Shown in pieces: positions 1 through 10,624 of a stretch of 64,000 nucleotides of DNA. Positions within the stretch are counted from its first letter, which is position 1. Each line of letters opens with the position of its first letter. The position numbers were made by a program, and so were the translations under genes. This stretch comes from an uncultured Thermoplasmata archaeon. GTDB taxonomy: Archaea > Thermoplasmatota > Thermoplasmata > Lutacidiplasmatales > UBA184. The stretch is taken from contig CAWJFK010000025.1 in the NCBI GenBank assembly GCA_963842165.1, forward strand, positions 125,681-189,680, in the 5' to 3' direction. The notes below the pieces were generated by a model. That model made no database searches. It was not told where the DNA came from and was given only the letters and a program-made list of their open reading frames with translations.

Positions 1-41
1 AGACTGGGGACCTCTATACCTCGGACCAGAACCAGGGAACC

Positions 42-1269
42 TTGATGCTCATCTCCCCTACGGGCGGCACCGGCCCCACCCACTATCCGGTGACCTTCCA
101 CGAAACGGGCCTACCGGCGGGCACTTCCTGGAGCGTCACCTTCAACGGGACCTTAGGGAGCTCGACCACCGCCTCGATCGCCTACTCTGTCCTGAACGGC
201 GGTTATTCGTTCACCACCGGCACGGTGGCCGGGTACACCGCCAACGTGACCGGCGGCCCCGTCACCGTCAACGGAGCGCCCGTCGATGTGGAGATTGGGT
301 TCACCTCGACCGGGACTCCGACCTACGCCGTGACCTTCGACGAAACGGGTCTGCCGTCTCCCCCCTCGTGGACCGTGACCCTCGAAGGTTCACCCCAGAG
401 CGCGACGACGACCATGATCCAGTTCGTGGAGGTCGACGGCTCGTACTCCTTCTCCGTGGGGGCCGTGACCGGCTACACGGCGGCTCCGTCGTCCGGAACG
501 GTGGTCGTGAGCGGGGGGCCGCTGACCCGGGACATCGTGTTCACTCCGACCACGGCCCCGCCCCCCACCTACCCCATCACGTTCACCGAGACCGGGCTCG
601 ATTCCGGGACCAGCTGGTCCGTGACCCTCGCCGGAACGTTGCTCTCCTCGAGCACCTCGACCATCGCGACCACCGCTGCCAACGGAAGCTACCCCTACAC
701 GGTCTCTTCCGTGACGGGGTACACCGCGAGCCCGGCCTCCGGTACCGTGACCATCACCGGGGCGGGCCAGACCGTCGCCATCACGTTCACGGCCACACCG
801 ACCGGCACGTCGCCGCCTCCGTCACCGTCCGGCTTCTTGGGATTGCCGGGTTCGGACGGGTACATCCTGTTGGGCATCCTCGTCGCCGCGATCGCCGCGA
901 TCCTCTTCCTGGTCCTGGCGCGGCGGCCGAACTATCCGATCGTCTTCACGGAGACCGGTCTGCCCGGCGGGTACGCGCTGGTCCGTGCGGCTGAAGGACG
1001 TCACCGAGTTCTCGGAGACGGAGACGATCCGATTCAGTCGGCCGAGCGGCACCTACGAGTATGAAGTGGCTCCCTCGGCGGGCCATTCCCCCACCCCGGC
1101 GACCGGCTATGCGGTCGTCGAGCGGGAGCGTCGAGACATCCCGTCCGGTTCGGCCCCCCCTAAACGGACCCGCGCATCGGACCGGGTGGTCGAGCGGCCG
1201 GCCCCTGGATTCTGTTCAAGTCCGTCCATTCGGTGGAGAAGCCAAGGCCAGCAGGCCCGAGTCCTCTGA
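42..1269 (+). CDS. Surface repeat protein with about four tandem ~95-aa repeats (P-T-Y-P-V-T-F-x-E-T-G-L-P...S-W-S-V-T), Thr/Ser-rich, hydrophobic anchor segment; reading continues in another frame after ~1000
   Basis: ORF 42..1064 shows tandem repeats and the TM helix ILLGILVAAIAAILFLVLARR. A further repeat (NYPIVFTETGLPGG, then WSVRLKDVTEFSETE in frame of ORF 985..1269) follows the anchor, indicating a frameshift or collapsed repeat. Confidence 0.5.
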
Positions 1270-1985
1270 TCAAGGAAGCGCCAACGCGTTCGTGGTCCCG
1301 GTGTAGCTCTGCATGCCTTGGGCGACGAATTGGAGCCCTAGTCCCGTAGGATTCTGGGTGCCCATATCGATCACAATGGAATCGGTAGTGTTGAGAGGGG
1401 TGCCGTCCGTGACACCGCTCCCGAGGGTCCAGTCCGACGACATTCCCATCGAACCCCCGACGGCGGCATACTGGGCCACCACCGTGCCGTTCGAGTTCAG
1501 GATGGAGAATCCGTGGCCGGCGGTCGCCACGTCGATCGCCCCTCGCTCGGTCTGGACGAAGAACCACGCGGATCCAACGGTGATCGTAGACTCGATGATG
1601 CTCAGCCCGTAATAGAAGTCGGCGGGGCCCTGACAGCCCGTGGAGAGGAAAGTGCTGCCGACGGGGCATTGTCCGACCGTCGGAACGCCAGGAAGGAAAG
1701 CGGTACGAGGGGGGTGTTGCCGGCACAGTGGCAGAAACCCCGGCCGATCAGGCCCCCGTACTCCAGCCCTACCAGCCCTACTACGAGTGCCGCGGCTGAG
1801 ACGACCACCACGACCGCTACGACGATGGCAACGTCCGGACTCGGCCGTGAAGGCGCGGGTGGCCAGAGCGAGCGCGGCCCATAGGTCGGAGACCCTGGCC
1901 CGGCGACCCGAGCCCCGCACGCCGGACAGAAGGGGTAACCGGGGGTGAGGGGTCGGCCGCATTGCGCGCAGGGCGAGGATGCCAT
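1270..1985 (-). CDS. Zinc-ribbon / TM / pilin-like extracellular-domain protein (frameshifted near 1610-1640)
   Basis: N-terminus is MASSPCAQCGRPL...CPACG (C-x2-C...C-x2-C), followed by a Pro-rich linker and the TM helix VAIVVAVVVVVSAAALVVGLVGL. The C-terminal domain (ORF 1270..1962) is homologous to the pilin C-domain at 41503..42140 (IVIDMG...TG.GL...LALP terminus). Confidence 0.5.
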
Positions 1986-2193
1986 CCGCGTCTCCCCCGC
2001 CTCTACCACACGACCCAGGTCGTGTTAAACTGGGCGTGCACGTGCCATGGCCCGGGGCGGGACGTACTCCCGACCGTGGGGCCAGGTCCGGTACGCTTTC
2101 CCGATGGACTCTCCCTCCCCAATGAGGCCGTCAAGCCCGGACCACCCAAGCCGTGATATAGCGCGCTCCGGTGGCACGACGGTCCGTCTCGAA

Positions 2194-3341
2194 ATGCCCG
2201 ATTTCTCGCTGTCCGCGGAGCAGGAAAGTCTCCGGGATATGGCCCGGAAGTTCGCACGGACGGAGATGGTGCCGCACGCGGCCGAGTGCGACCGGACCCC
2301 TCGGTTCCCGGAGGAGATCTACCGCAAGGCGTACGACCTCGGCCTCATGAACCTCAACGTACCCGTCGAGTACGGGGGCAGCGGCCTCGGCCTCTTCGAC
2401 CAGTGCCTCATCGTCGAGGAGCTCGCCCACGCCTGCGGCGGCATGACGACCTCCGTGATCGCGAACTGCCTCGCCCTGGAACCGATCCTCCTCGGCGGTA
2501 CGCCCGAGCAGAAGGAACGCTTCCTCACGCCGTTCTGCTCCGAGTACCACTTTGCGTCCTTCGCCCTCACCGAGCCGTCGGGGGCAGCGACGCCGGGGGG
2601 CTCTTGACCCGGGCCCGCCGGGACGGCGACCATTACGTCCTCGACGGCGAGAAGTGCTTCATCACGAACGCTCCGCACGCTTCCCTGTTCACGGTCTTCG
2701 CGACGGTCGACCCGAGCTTGCGGACGAAGGGCATCACGGCGTTCGTCGTCCCTCGCTCCGCCGTTGGCCTCAGCACCGGCAAGGACGAGGAGAAGATGGG
2801 CCATCGGGCCTCGTCGACCAGCACGGTGCGGTTCGACGGCGTGAAAGTCCCGGTCGAAGACCGTCTCGGCGAGGAGGGCGGGGGCTTCTCGATCGCGATG
2901 CGGACGCTCGACCAGACCCGGACCCCGATCGGTGCGCTGGCCACCGGAATCGCCCAGGCCGCCCTCGACCACGCCGCCGCCTACTCCCTCAAGCGTCAAT
3001 CGTTCGGCAAGCCGATCAGTCAGCACCAGGCGATCCAGATCAAACTCGCCAACATGGCCCAAGCCGTCCACGCCGCGCGCCTCCTGACCTGGCAGGCGGC
3101 CTGGACGATCGACCGCGGAGCCAAAGGAACGCTCGAGTCGTCGATCGCGAAGTGCTTCGCTTCCGATGCCGCGCTGCACGTGGCGGACGAGGCGATCCAG
3201 ACCTTCGGCGGGTACGGCTACATGAAGGAGTATCCGGTCGAGAAGCTCCTCCGGGACGCGAAGCTCACCCAGATCTACGAGGGAGCGAACGAGATCCAAC
3301 GGACGGTCATCGCCCGCGAACTGCTCCGTGAGTACGCCTGA
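2194..3341 (+). CDS. Acyl-CoA dehydrogenase (frameshift near 2600)
   Basis: N-terminal part in ORF 2047..2607 ([20 protein letters not shown]...); the C-terminal ACAD domain in ORF 2286..3341 ends ...[22 protein letters not shown]. Confidence 0.8.
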
Positions 3342-3355
3342 GCCCGGAGGGCGGC

Positions 3356-4136
3356 GTGGAGATCGTCGTCTGCATCAAGCCGGTCCCTGAGGCGGAGACG
3401 CGGCTGCGCGTGGCGCCCGGCGGCCAAACCCTCGATGCGGAGGGCGTGAAGTTCGTCCTGGCCGGGTACGACGAGTCGGCCCTTGAGCAGGCGCTCCTAC
3501 TCAAGGAATCGGTGCCCGGTTCGAAGGTGCATGCCGTTTCGTACGGGCCGACGCCACGGACCGAGGAGGTGCTCCGCGCCGCGATCGCACTAGGCGCCGA
3601 CCTCGCCACCTGGGTCGAGGCGCCGTCGGGCACGGCGGCCGACCCGATCCTCGCCGCGCGATCGCTGGCGGCGGCCATCGCCGCCGTTCCGCACGACCTG
3701 GTCCTCTGCGGCAAGCAGGCCGGCGACGATGAGGCGGGCCTCGTTCCGTCGGCGCTGGGGGAGCTCCTCGGAGTCCCCGACTTCGGCTCGGTCGTGGACC
3801 TTCGGTGGGACCCGTCCGCCTCCCGACTGAAGTTCCTCCGCTCCACGGACCAGGGCGGGGAGCGTTGGGAGGCCCCCACCCCGTGCGTCATCGGGCTCCA
3901 GCAGGCGTGGAACGACCCGCGCACGGCGAAACTGCCGAGCATCCTCAAATCGCGCAAGGCGCCGATCGCGAAGCGTCCTCGGGAGGCGTCCGACCCGGGG
4001 CCGCAGAGCGTGCCGACGGCGTTCGAGCTACCCCCACCGCGGACGGGGGCCCGGATGATCGAGGTACAAGACTCCCGAGGAAGCGGCCCAGAAGCTGGTC
4101 CGCATCCTCCGGGAGGAGGCCAAGGTGTTCCCGTGA
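3356..4136 (+). CDS. etfB: Electron transfer flavoprotein beta subunit (frameshift near 4060)
   Basis: [19 protein letters not shown]... is a typical EtfB N-terminus. The true C-terminus ...[21 protein letters not shown] plus TGA at 4134..4136 is in the adjacent frame. Confidence 0.8.
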
Positions 4137-5118
4137 CCGGCCCCGTTCTGGTCGTCGGCGAGGTCCAGAACGCCCGCCTGAGCGGTCCGACGCTCGAGGC
4201 GGTGTCGGTGGCTCAGTCGCTCGGCGGCGGGTCCGATGGGATCGTCGGTTTCGCAGGGGGCAGTGCGGCCGGCAGCGCCGCCGCCGAGTTCGGCCGCGTG
4301 GGAGTAGGACGGGTCGCGCTGGCGCGAGACCCGGCGCTCGACTCGCGCCGGTCGCCGCTTTCGCCGCGGTGGTCGCCGCGGCAGCGAACGCGACCGGGGC
4401 CGACACGGTCCTCGTCGGCGGCACGACGTTCGGCCGGGACCTCGTGGGACGGCTCGCCATCCGTTGGGAGGCCGCGGTCGCCACGGGGGTGACGGAGGTT
4501 CGTCGCGAGGGGGGTGCGATCCTCGTGCGGCGACCGATCTTCGGCGGACGCGCGACCGAAACCCGGCGCTTGGAAGCTCCTCGGGTGGCGCTGGCGATCC
4601 GACCTCACGCCTTCGCCTCGCCCCCCCCTGCGGTCGTCTCACCGTCGATCGAGGAAGTCCCGATGGTGCCTCTCCCACCCGAGCTGCTCGCCCCCACGCG
4701 GACCGCCATCGAGACGGCGGCCCAGGGGGCCGGCCCGTCCCTGGGAGACGCCTCCATCGTCGTCTCCGGCGGACGGGGGGTCCGCACCGCCGAGAACTTC
4801 CCGATCGTCGAGGAGCTCGCGGCGTCCCTCGGGGCCGCGGTCGGCGCCTCGCGTGCTGTGACCGACGCGGGGTGGCGCCCGGCCTCGTTCCAGGTCGGCC
4901 AGACCGGACGCTCGGTCTCACCTCAACTCTACATCGCGGTCGGGATCTCGGGCGCGATCCAGCATCTCGTCGGGATGCTGAGCTCCCGAGTGATCGTCGC
5001 GATCAATTCCGACCCGAGCGCGCCAATCTTCCGGGTCGCCGACTTCGGGATCGTGGGCGACCTGTTCCAGGTCGTCCCGGCGCTGACCACCGAGATCCGC
5101 CGTGTCCGCGCCCCGTAG
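4133..5118 (+). CDS. etfA: Electron transfer flavoprotein alpha subunit (frameshift near 4330-4400)
   Basis: GTG at 4133 overlaps the etfB stop; [28 protein letters not shown]... The C-terminal FAD-binding part in ORF 3805..5118 reads ...[15 protein letters not shown]... Confidence 0.8.
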
Positions 5119-5650
5119 CTCGGCGGGACGGGCGACGGGCCCACTTCGGGCGGCGAATCCAGAAGCGCATCTCGGCCGTCGGCTCGAAGCCGAGCCGCTC
5201 GTAGACGGGCCGGCCCTGGTCGGCGGCGTGCAGGGTCACACGGTTCGCGCCCGAGTCGCGCGCCTCCCGCACCAGCGCCCGGACGATCGCCGAGGCGATC
5301 CCCAGCCGCTGGTGCTCGGGGCGCGTGTACATCGACATGACGTACGGAACGGTGTCGCGGGGGATCCCCGGGCGAGGCTCTTGCGGCATGTACCAGAGGG
5401 CGCCCGAACCCGCCACCTCGTCCCCGGCCATCACGACGTAGGCGACCACATCGCCGGAGCGAAGCCGCGGTCGAAGCCAGCGCCGGTACGGGGCGGCGTG
5501 GTCGCGCAGTTGTCGGGGAGTGTGGTGCCCGATCGAACGCCACATCTCCTCCCGGTGGACGGTAAGGACGGGGATGTCGGAGAGCGTCGCCCGCCGGAGT
5601 CGAAAACGACGGGCGCTGGGGGGGCGCCGGGTTCGCGGGTGGTCGGGCAT
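5003..5650 (-). CDS. GNAT family N-acetyltransferase
   Basis: Part of ORF 5003..5839(-); start [10 protein letters not shown]...; acetyl-CoA-binding motif region ...[43 protein letters not shown]. The Arg-rich C-terminal tail may be frameshift read-through. Confidence 0.55.
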   Translation of the reverse strand: MPDHPRTRRPPSARRFRLRRATLSDIPVLTVHREEMWRSIGHHTPRQLRDHAAPYRRWLRPRLRSGDVVAYVVMAGDEVAGSGALWYMPQEPRPGIPRDTVPYVMSMYTRPEHQRLGIASAIVRALVREARDSGANRVTLHAADQGRPVYERLGFEPTAEMRFWIRRPKWARRPSRRATGRGHGGSRWSAPGRPGTGRPRSRSRRPGRLARSGRN

Positions 5651-5655
5651 ACGGG

Positions 5656-6953
5656 TCAAAGGTCGCGGGCCAGGCTCGCCCCGTCCTTGAGCAAGGTCGT
5701 GATGGGGATTCCCGCCGCCTTGCGGACGGATAGGAGGATCCGCTTCATCGACCGCTTGCGCGCCCCATCGTCCGTCATCAGCGCGTGGAAAAGCTCCATC
5801 GCAAACGCAGGATAGACGGTGTAGATCCGGGGATTCCACTTCACCTCGTCGATCCGCTCGAAGTCCCGGAAGTCCGGGAGGACTCCGGTGGTTTCAAGCC
5901 GCCGGTCGTACTCGGCCAGTCGGGTGGCGGACACGTCGCCGGCCTTCTTCGCGGCCAGCGCCGTCTCGGCCGCCTCCAACCCGGAGCGGATGGCGTAGTT
6001 CATGCCCTGGATCACGAGGCCGTTCGAAAAGACGAATCCCGCGGCGTCCCCCACGACCATCCAGCCATCGCCGTGGAAGGCGACGGCCGGCTGGCCCAAC
6101 CGGAAGCGATCAGCTTCGCCCCATATTCGACCAGCTCCGCCCCTTTGAGGCGCGCGGCGATCGTCGGGTGCAGGCGGAACTGTTCGATCAGCTCTTGAGA
6201 GTACACGCCGCGGCCGAACAGCGACTGAATGTTGAGAATGAGACCGACCGAGATCGTGTCGGTGTTCGTGTAGAGGAAGCCCCCGCCCATGACCCCCGGT
6301 GTGAACTGCCCGGTGACCCATTCCTCCGCGTGGCCTTCGCCGGGTCCGAGATGAAATCGGTCCTCGATCTGCCCGGAGTCGAGGCGATAGACCTCCTTGA
6401 TCCCGAGCTCCGTCGCTTCGCCGCTCGAGCCGGCCGGCCGAATGGGGGTTCCCAACGCGAGCCGGGAGTTGGTGCCGTCGGCGAGGATCGTCACGGGCGC
6501 AGTCATCGTCTCCCCGCCTTGTACGACGCCGTGGACGCGCATCCCTTCCCAGTTCAACCGGTCCACCGGGACGCTGGTCACGACGGTCGCCCCCGCCTCC
6601 TCCGCCTTCTTGGCCAACCACGCATCGGTGCGGGCGCGAAGCACGGAGTGAGCGACGTACGGCTCCTTCCGCCAGGCCCCGTCGTCGAACTCAAACGAGA
6701 GGGCGCTCTCGGCGGTGAGGAAGCCGAAGCGCTTGCGGATGATGTGGCGCTCGACCGGCATCTCGTGCCACCATCCCGGCAGGATCCGGTCGAGGTCGTG
6801 ACCCCACAGAATGCCCCCGGAGAGATTCTTTGCGCCGACCTCAGCGCCCCGCTCTAACAGCAGCACGTTCGCCCCGCCTTGGGCGAGACGGATGGCGGCC
6901 GAGGATCCGGCCATCCCGGCGCCGACGACGATCACGTCGAAGTCGTCCGACAT
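5656..6953 (-). CDS. fixC: FixC-like FAD-dependent oxidoreductase (ETF:quinone oxidoreductase family); frameshift near 6110
   Basis: MSDDFDVIVVGAGMAGSSAAIRLAQGGANVLLLERG... is a dinucleotide-binding N-terminus (ORF 6012..6953); the C-terminal part is in ORF 5656..6621. Located next to etfBA. Confidence 0.7.
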
Positions 6954-7084
6954 GTCCGACCGTCACGAGGCGTAAGGGCAGTTTAGCTCTCCGGTGGGCC
7001 TCTCGGGCGATCTCCGGGGCCTGAACAATCAGGCCGTTCCCGGGGCCGCCGCTCCGCCCCGCTCCGCGGCCCCGGGGGAAGTCG

Positions 7085-7717
7085 CTAGCGAGGGGGAGCC
7101 GGCGCCGGGGGCGGCGCGGGCGGATACACCGGGTTCGTCAGGTTCTGCGTGGCGTTCTCGATGTCCTTCTGGAACCGGAACGGTTTGGGGATCCCTTCCC
7201 AGTCCTCGTTCCCGACGCGGGAGCCGCCCTCGGAGCTGACGCGGACCGTGCCGTACCCGAGCATCCGTTGCACGACGCTCTGGTGGACGTCAACCCCGCG
7301 GACCTGGGTCACCGGGATCTCGTCGAAGTTGCGGCCGAGGATCCCCTTCTGGACGATCACCCGGCGGGAGGTGACGGCGTAGACGGTGGAGATCCAGCGC
7401 AGGAAGCGGACGAGGATCCACAGAAGGCCGACGAGGAACAGGACCGCCCAGAGCCAGGTGACGTACATCTGGATGGTCGAATTGTGCGTGAATTGGAGAC
7501 TGAACCAGTCGGAGAGCGCCCCCCACTTCGGGACGGAACTGTAGACGTCACCGGCGGCGGCCAGGGTCAAGAGTCCCCAGAACAGGGTCCACAGGATCGG
7601 GCCGGGGAAGTAGTACAGTTTGGTCGCCCGGGTCTCCTCCAGGAGGTACTCTTGGTCGGCCAGGTAGGTCGCCTTCAGGTGCTTCGGCATCGCGCGCGTC
7701 GGGGTCGTCGTGGCCAT
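7085..7717 (-). CDS. Membrane protein with bacterial PH (DUF304/YdbS-like) domain
   Basis: Two TM helices followed by ...AVTSRRVIVQKGILGRNFDEIPVTQVRGVDVHQSVVQRMLGYGTVRVS...; start MATTTPTRAMPKHL. Confidence 0.6.
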   Translation of the reverse strand: MATTTPTRAMPKHLKATYLADQEYLLEETRATKLYYFPGPILWTLFWGLLTLAAAGDVYSSVPKWGALSDWFSLQFTHNSTIQMYVTWLWAVLFLVGLLWILVRFLRWISTVYAVTSRRVIVQKGILGRNFDEIPVTQVRGVDVHQSVVQRMLGYGTVRVSSEGGSRVGNEDWEGIPKPFRFQKDIENATQNLTNPVYPPAPPPAPAPPR

Positions 7718-7805
7718 CGGTCGGCCCACGCCGCTCTCCCCTGATAACCTCTCGGTCGGAGTGCGCCGGTCGCGCCTTATATCGGGAGGCCCGCTCGGTC
7801 GCCCG

Positions 7806-8657
7806 ATGGGTGTCACGGACTGCCACGTACACATCAACCCGATCTGGGAGATGCGACCCGACGCGGCCGAGCTCCTCGGGTACGCCGGCGCCGGTCCGAC
7901 GCACTACCTCACTGACCCTCCGGCTTTCCTCGAGTACCTGACCGCTTCGGGGGTGGAGCGGGCCGTCCTCATCAACTACGTCGCACCGGACGTCATCGGA
8001 TACACGGAGAAAGCGAACGACTTCGTCAGCGAGTACGTCCGCGCGGACCCCCAGCGTTTGGTAGCGGTCGGGGGCCTGCGACCGGACCACCCCGACCCGG
8101 GCGGAGAGGTCGCCCGGCTCGGCCGAGCAACTCCACCTCCGGGCGATCAAGCTCCATCCGCCGCACCAAGGGTTCCGCCCGAATGCGTACACCGACGGGG
8201 ACCTGCCCGGACTCCGCGAGCTCTACGCGGCCTGCGCGCGCTACGAGCTCCCCGTCATCTTCCACACCGGCACGAGCGTCTTCCCCGGGCCCGCAACCGG
8301 TTCGCCGACCCGATGATGATCGAGGACGTGGCCCTCGACTTCCCGGACCTCACGATCGTCCTCGCGCACGGGGGCCGCCCGATCTGGATGGAGACCGCCG
8401 TCTTCCTCGCCCGCCGGTTCCCGAACGTCTGGCTCGAGGTGAGTGGGGTGCCCCCGAGCCGGCTGCTCGACTACTTCCCGACCCTTCCGCGCCTGTCCGA
8501 GAAGGTCCTGTTCGGCACCGATTGGCCCGGCCCCGGCGTCAAGGACATTCGCACGAACCTCGACGCCTTCCGCTCGCTCCCGATCCCGGCCGACGCCCAA
8601 CGACGGATCCTCGAAGAGAATCCACTCAAGGTTTTCCCTCGCCGGGGGCCGACCTGA
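7806..8657 (+). CDS. Amidohydrolase-2 family metal-dependent hydrolase (frameshifted)
   Basis: MGVTDCHVHINPIW... carries the HxH motif; the C-terminal part in ORF 8183..8686 frame reads ...PVIFHTGTSVFPG...TIVLAHGGRPIWMET.... Confidence 0.7.
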   Translation: MGVTDCHVHINPIWEMRPDAAELLGYAGAGPTHYLTDPPAFLEYLTASGVERAVLINYVAPDVIGYTEKANDFVSEYVRADPQRLVAVGGLRPDHPDPGGEVARLGRATPPPGDQAPSAAPRVPPECVHRRGPARTPRALRGLRALRAPRHLPHRHERLPRARNRFADPMMIEDVALDFPDLTIVLAHGGRPIWMETAVFLARRFPNVWLEVSGVPPSRLLDYFPTLPRLSEKVLFGTDWPGPGVKDIRTNLDAFRSLPIPADAQRRILEENPLKVFPRRGPT

Positions 8658-8682
8658 AATACTGGGGTCGGCTCGGCGGCTC

Positions 8683-9114
8683 GTGACGACCGACTCCGGC
8701 CCGGCCGACGCCGAAGGGACCCCTCCCGCCCCGACGGTCGAGGAGACCCCGCCGGTGGTCGAGATCACGGAGGGCGGCGAGGAGGTCGGTCGACTTCCGC
8801 TCCCCCGCCGCAACCGGGGCGAGGTCTTCGGGATTGCGAATCAACTCCTCGGGGCCGCACGCATTCGGGTGATGTGCGAGGACAACATCGCCCGCATGGG
8901 GCGGATCACCGGGAAGATGAAGAAGAAAATGTGGATCCGGGAGGGCGATCTGCTCATCCTCCGTCCGTGGGGGTTCCAGGAAGGGAAGGCCGACATCCTG
9001 TTCCGGTACAGCCGTACGCAGGCGCAGTACCTCGCACGACGCAACCTCCTCCCCCCGTCGGTGAACCTGTTCGGCTCCACCGAACCCAAGCCCGAGCCCA
9101 CGCCGACGACGTAG
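8683..9114 (+). CDS. eif1a: Translation initiation factor 1A (aIF-1A/eIF-1A)
   Basis: ...LPLPRRNRGEVFGIANQLLGAARIRVMCEDNIARMGRITGKMKKKMWIREGDLLIL... is the S1-like eIF1A signature. GTG start inferred at 8683. Confidence 0.75.
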   Translation: MTTDSGPADAEGTPPAPTVEETPPVVEITEGGEEVGRLPLPRRNRGEVFGIANQLLGAARIRVMCEDNIARMGRITGKMKKKMWIREGDLLILRPWGFQEGKADILFRYSRTQAQYLARRNLLPPSVNLFGSTEPKPEPTPTT

Positions 9115-9121
9115 GAGCTCC

Positions 9122-10618
9122 GTGGGGGTTGCCCTCGGCCGCCCGGTCACCTCGGAAGAGATGGCCGTCGCGGAGGCCAACGCCCTCGCCCTCGGGCTCT
9201 CGACCGACGTGCTCATGGAGAATGCCGGGCGCGTCGTCGCCGAGGAGGTCGTGCACGACGTGCCGACTCCGCAGTCCCGGGTCGCGGTCGTCGCCGGCAC
9301 CGGCAACAACGGCGGCGATGGATTCTGTGCGACCCACTACCTGCTCGAGTGGGATTATCGTCCCGAGATCTGGCTCGTCCAGCCGGCGTCCCAGATCCGG
9401 ACCAGCGCGGCCCGTCGCTGCTTCGAACGGGTCGCTCGACGCTGCCCGATCCACACCGGGGTCCCGGGCCCGGCCGACCTCACCCCGTTCCCGCTCGTGG
9501 TCGATGCGATGCTCGGAACCGGGCAATCCGGTGCGCTGCGCTCCCCGTTCCGGGAAGCGGTACGGGCGGTCCGAGAGAGCGGCGTCCCGGTCCTCGCGAT
9601 CGACGTACCGACCGGCTCTACCGACCCGGACGGGTTGCGGCCGCACCGCACCATCACCCTCGCGGCTTCGAAAGCGGAGTTCGCGCCGGCCGAGCCGGGC
9701 CAGGTCGCGGTCCGGGACATCGGGATCCCCGATGCGGCCTGGAAGGAAACCGGCCCCGGTGATTTCCTCTTCCTCCGCCACGCCCACGGTCGCGAGGGAC
9801 GCGGCCGGACCGGCCGTCTGGTCGTCATCGGTGGGGGGCCGTACGCCGGAGCCCCGGCGCTCGCCGGACTCGCCGCCCTACGTTCGGGCGCCGAGCGGGC
9901 GACCATCTTCGCTCCGGGCGGGGCCGCCGACCGTATCCAGGGGTTCAGCCCGAACCTGATCGTGCGTTCGTTCGGCAAGGATCGGTTCACGCCGGCGGAC
10001 GTCGGGCCGATCCTTCGGTACCTCGACCAGACCCCGCCGCGGGCGGTCGTGATGGGGATGGGCGTCGGCACCGAGTCGGAGACGCTCGAAGCCCTCCGGG
10101 CCCTCACCCGCTCGATCCTGGGCCGATACCCGGTCGTGATCGACGCCGACGCACTCTCGGTGCTTCCCGACATCGTCCGGGGTCGCACGCTGGCGCACCC
10201 CGTGATCGCGACCCCGAACGGTGGGGAGTTCATCCGCGTCTTCCATGGCCCTAAGGACGGAGCGCCCGAGGAACGGCGGGCGGCCGCCCGGGCCGCGAGC
10301 CAGGACCTCGGCATCACGATCGTGGCCAAGGGAGACCCGGACCTGATCACCGAGGGAGCGGAGCTCTACGAGAACCGCCACCACGCCCTCGCGATGACCG
10401 TGGGGGGCTCCGGCGATGTCCTCGGTGGGGTCCTGGGGAGCTTGCTCGCCCAGGGCCTCGGGGCTACGGGCGCGGCGTTGCTGGGGACCTACTGGGTAGG
10501 GGAGGCCGGCCTTCGGGTCGCAGCGACCCGTGGCGACGGCCTGGTCGCCACGGACTTGATCGAGGAACTGCCGGCCGTGCTGGTCGCCGGCCTCGGCCGG
10601 GTCCGTCACCCCGAGTGA
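9122..10618 (+). CDS. nnr: Bifunctional NAD(P)H-hydrate epimerase/dehydratase (YjeF-N + carbohydrate kinase domains)
   Basis: N-terminal YjeF_N (VAVVAGTGNNGGDGF) and C-terminal ADP-dependent dehydratase (VVIGGGPYAGAPALAG...GSGDVLGGVLGSLLAQG). Intact 498-aa ORF. Confidence 0.85.
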   Translation: MGVALGRPVTSEEMAVAEANALALGLSTDVLMENAGRVVAEEVVHDVPTPQSRVAVVAGTGNNGGDGFCATHYLLEWDYRPEIWLVQPASQIRTSAARRCFERVARRCPIHTGVPGPADLTPFPLVVDAMLGTGQSGALRSPFREAVRAVRESGVPVLAIDVPTGSTDPDGLRPHRTITLAASKAEFAPAEPGQVAVRDIGIPDAAWKETGPGDFLFLRHAHGREGRGRTGRLVVIGGGPYAGAPALAGLAALRSGAERATIFAPGGAADRIQGFSPNLIVRSFGKDRFTPADVGPILRYLDQTPPRAVVMGMGVGTESETLEALRALTRSILGRYPVVIDADALSVLPDIVRGRTLAHPVIATPNGGEFIRVFHGPKDGAPEERRAAARAASQDLGITIVAKGDPDLITEGAELYENRHHALAMTVGGSGDVLGGVLGSLLAQGLGATGAALLGTYWVGEAGLRVAATRGDGLVATDLIEELPAVLVAGLGRVRHPE

Positions 10619-10624
10619 GCGAGC

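Noticed and set aside
4028-4921. Long antisense ORFs opposite etfA (4028..4921 and 4213..4608, minus) and many similar Arg/Pro-rich ORFs throughout
   Set aside because: Typical spurious antisense ORFs of high-GC genomes. They have extreme Arg/Pro/Gly composition and no motifs.
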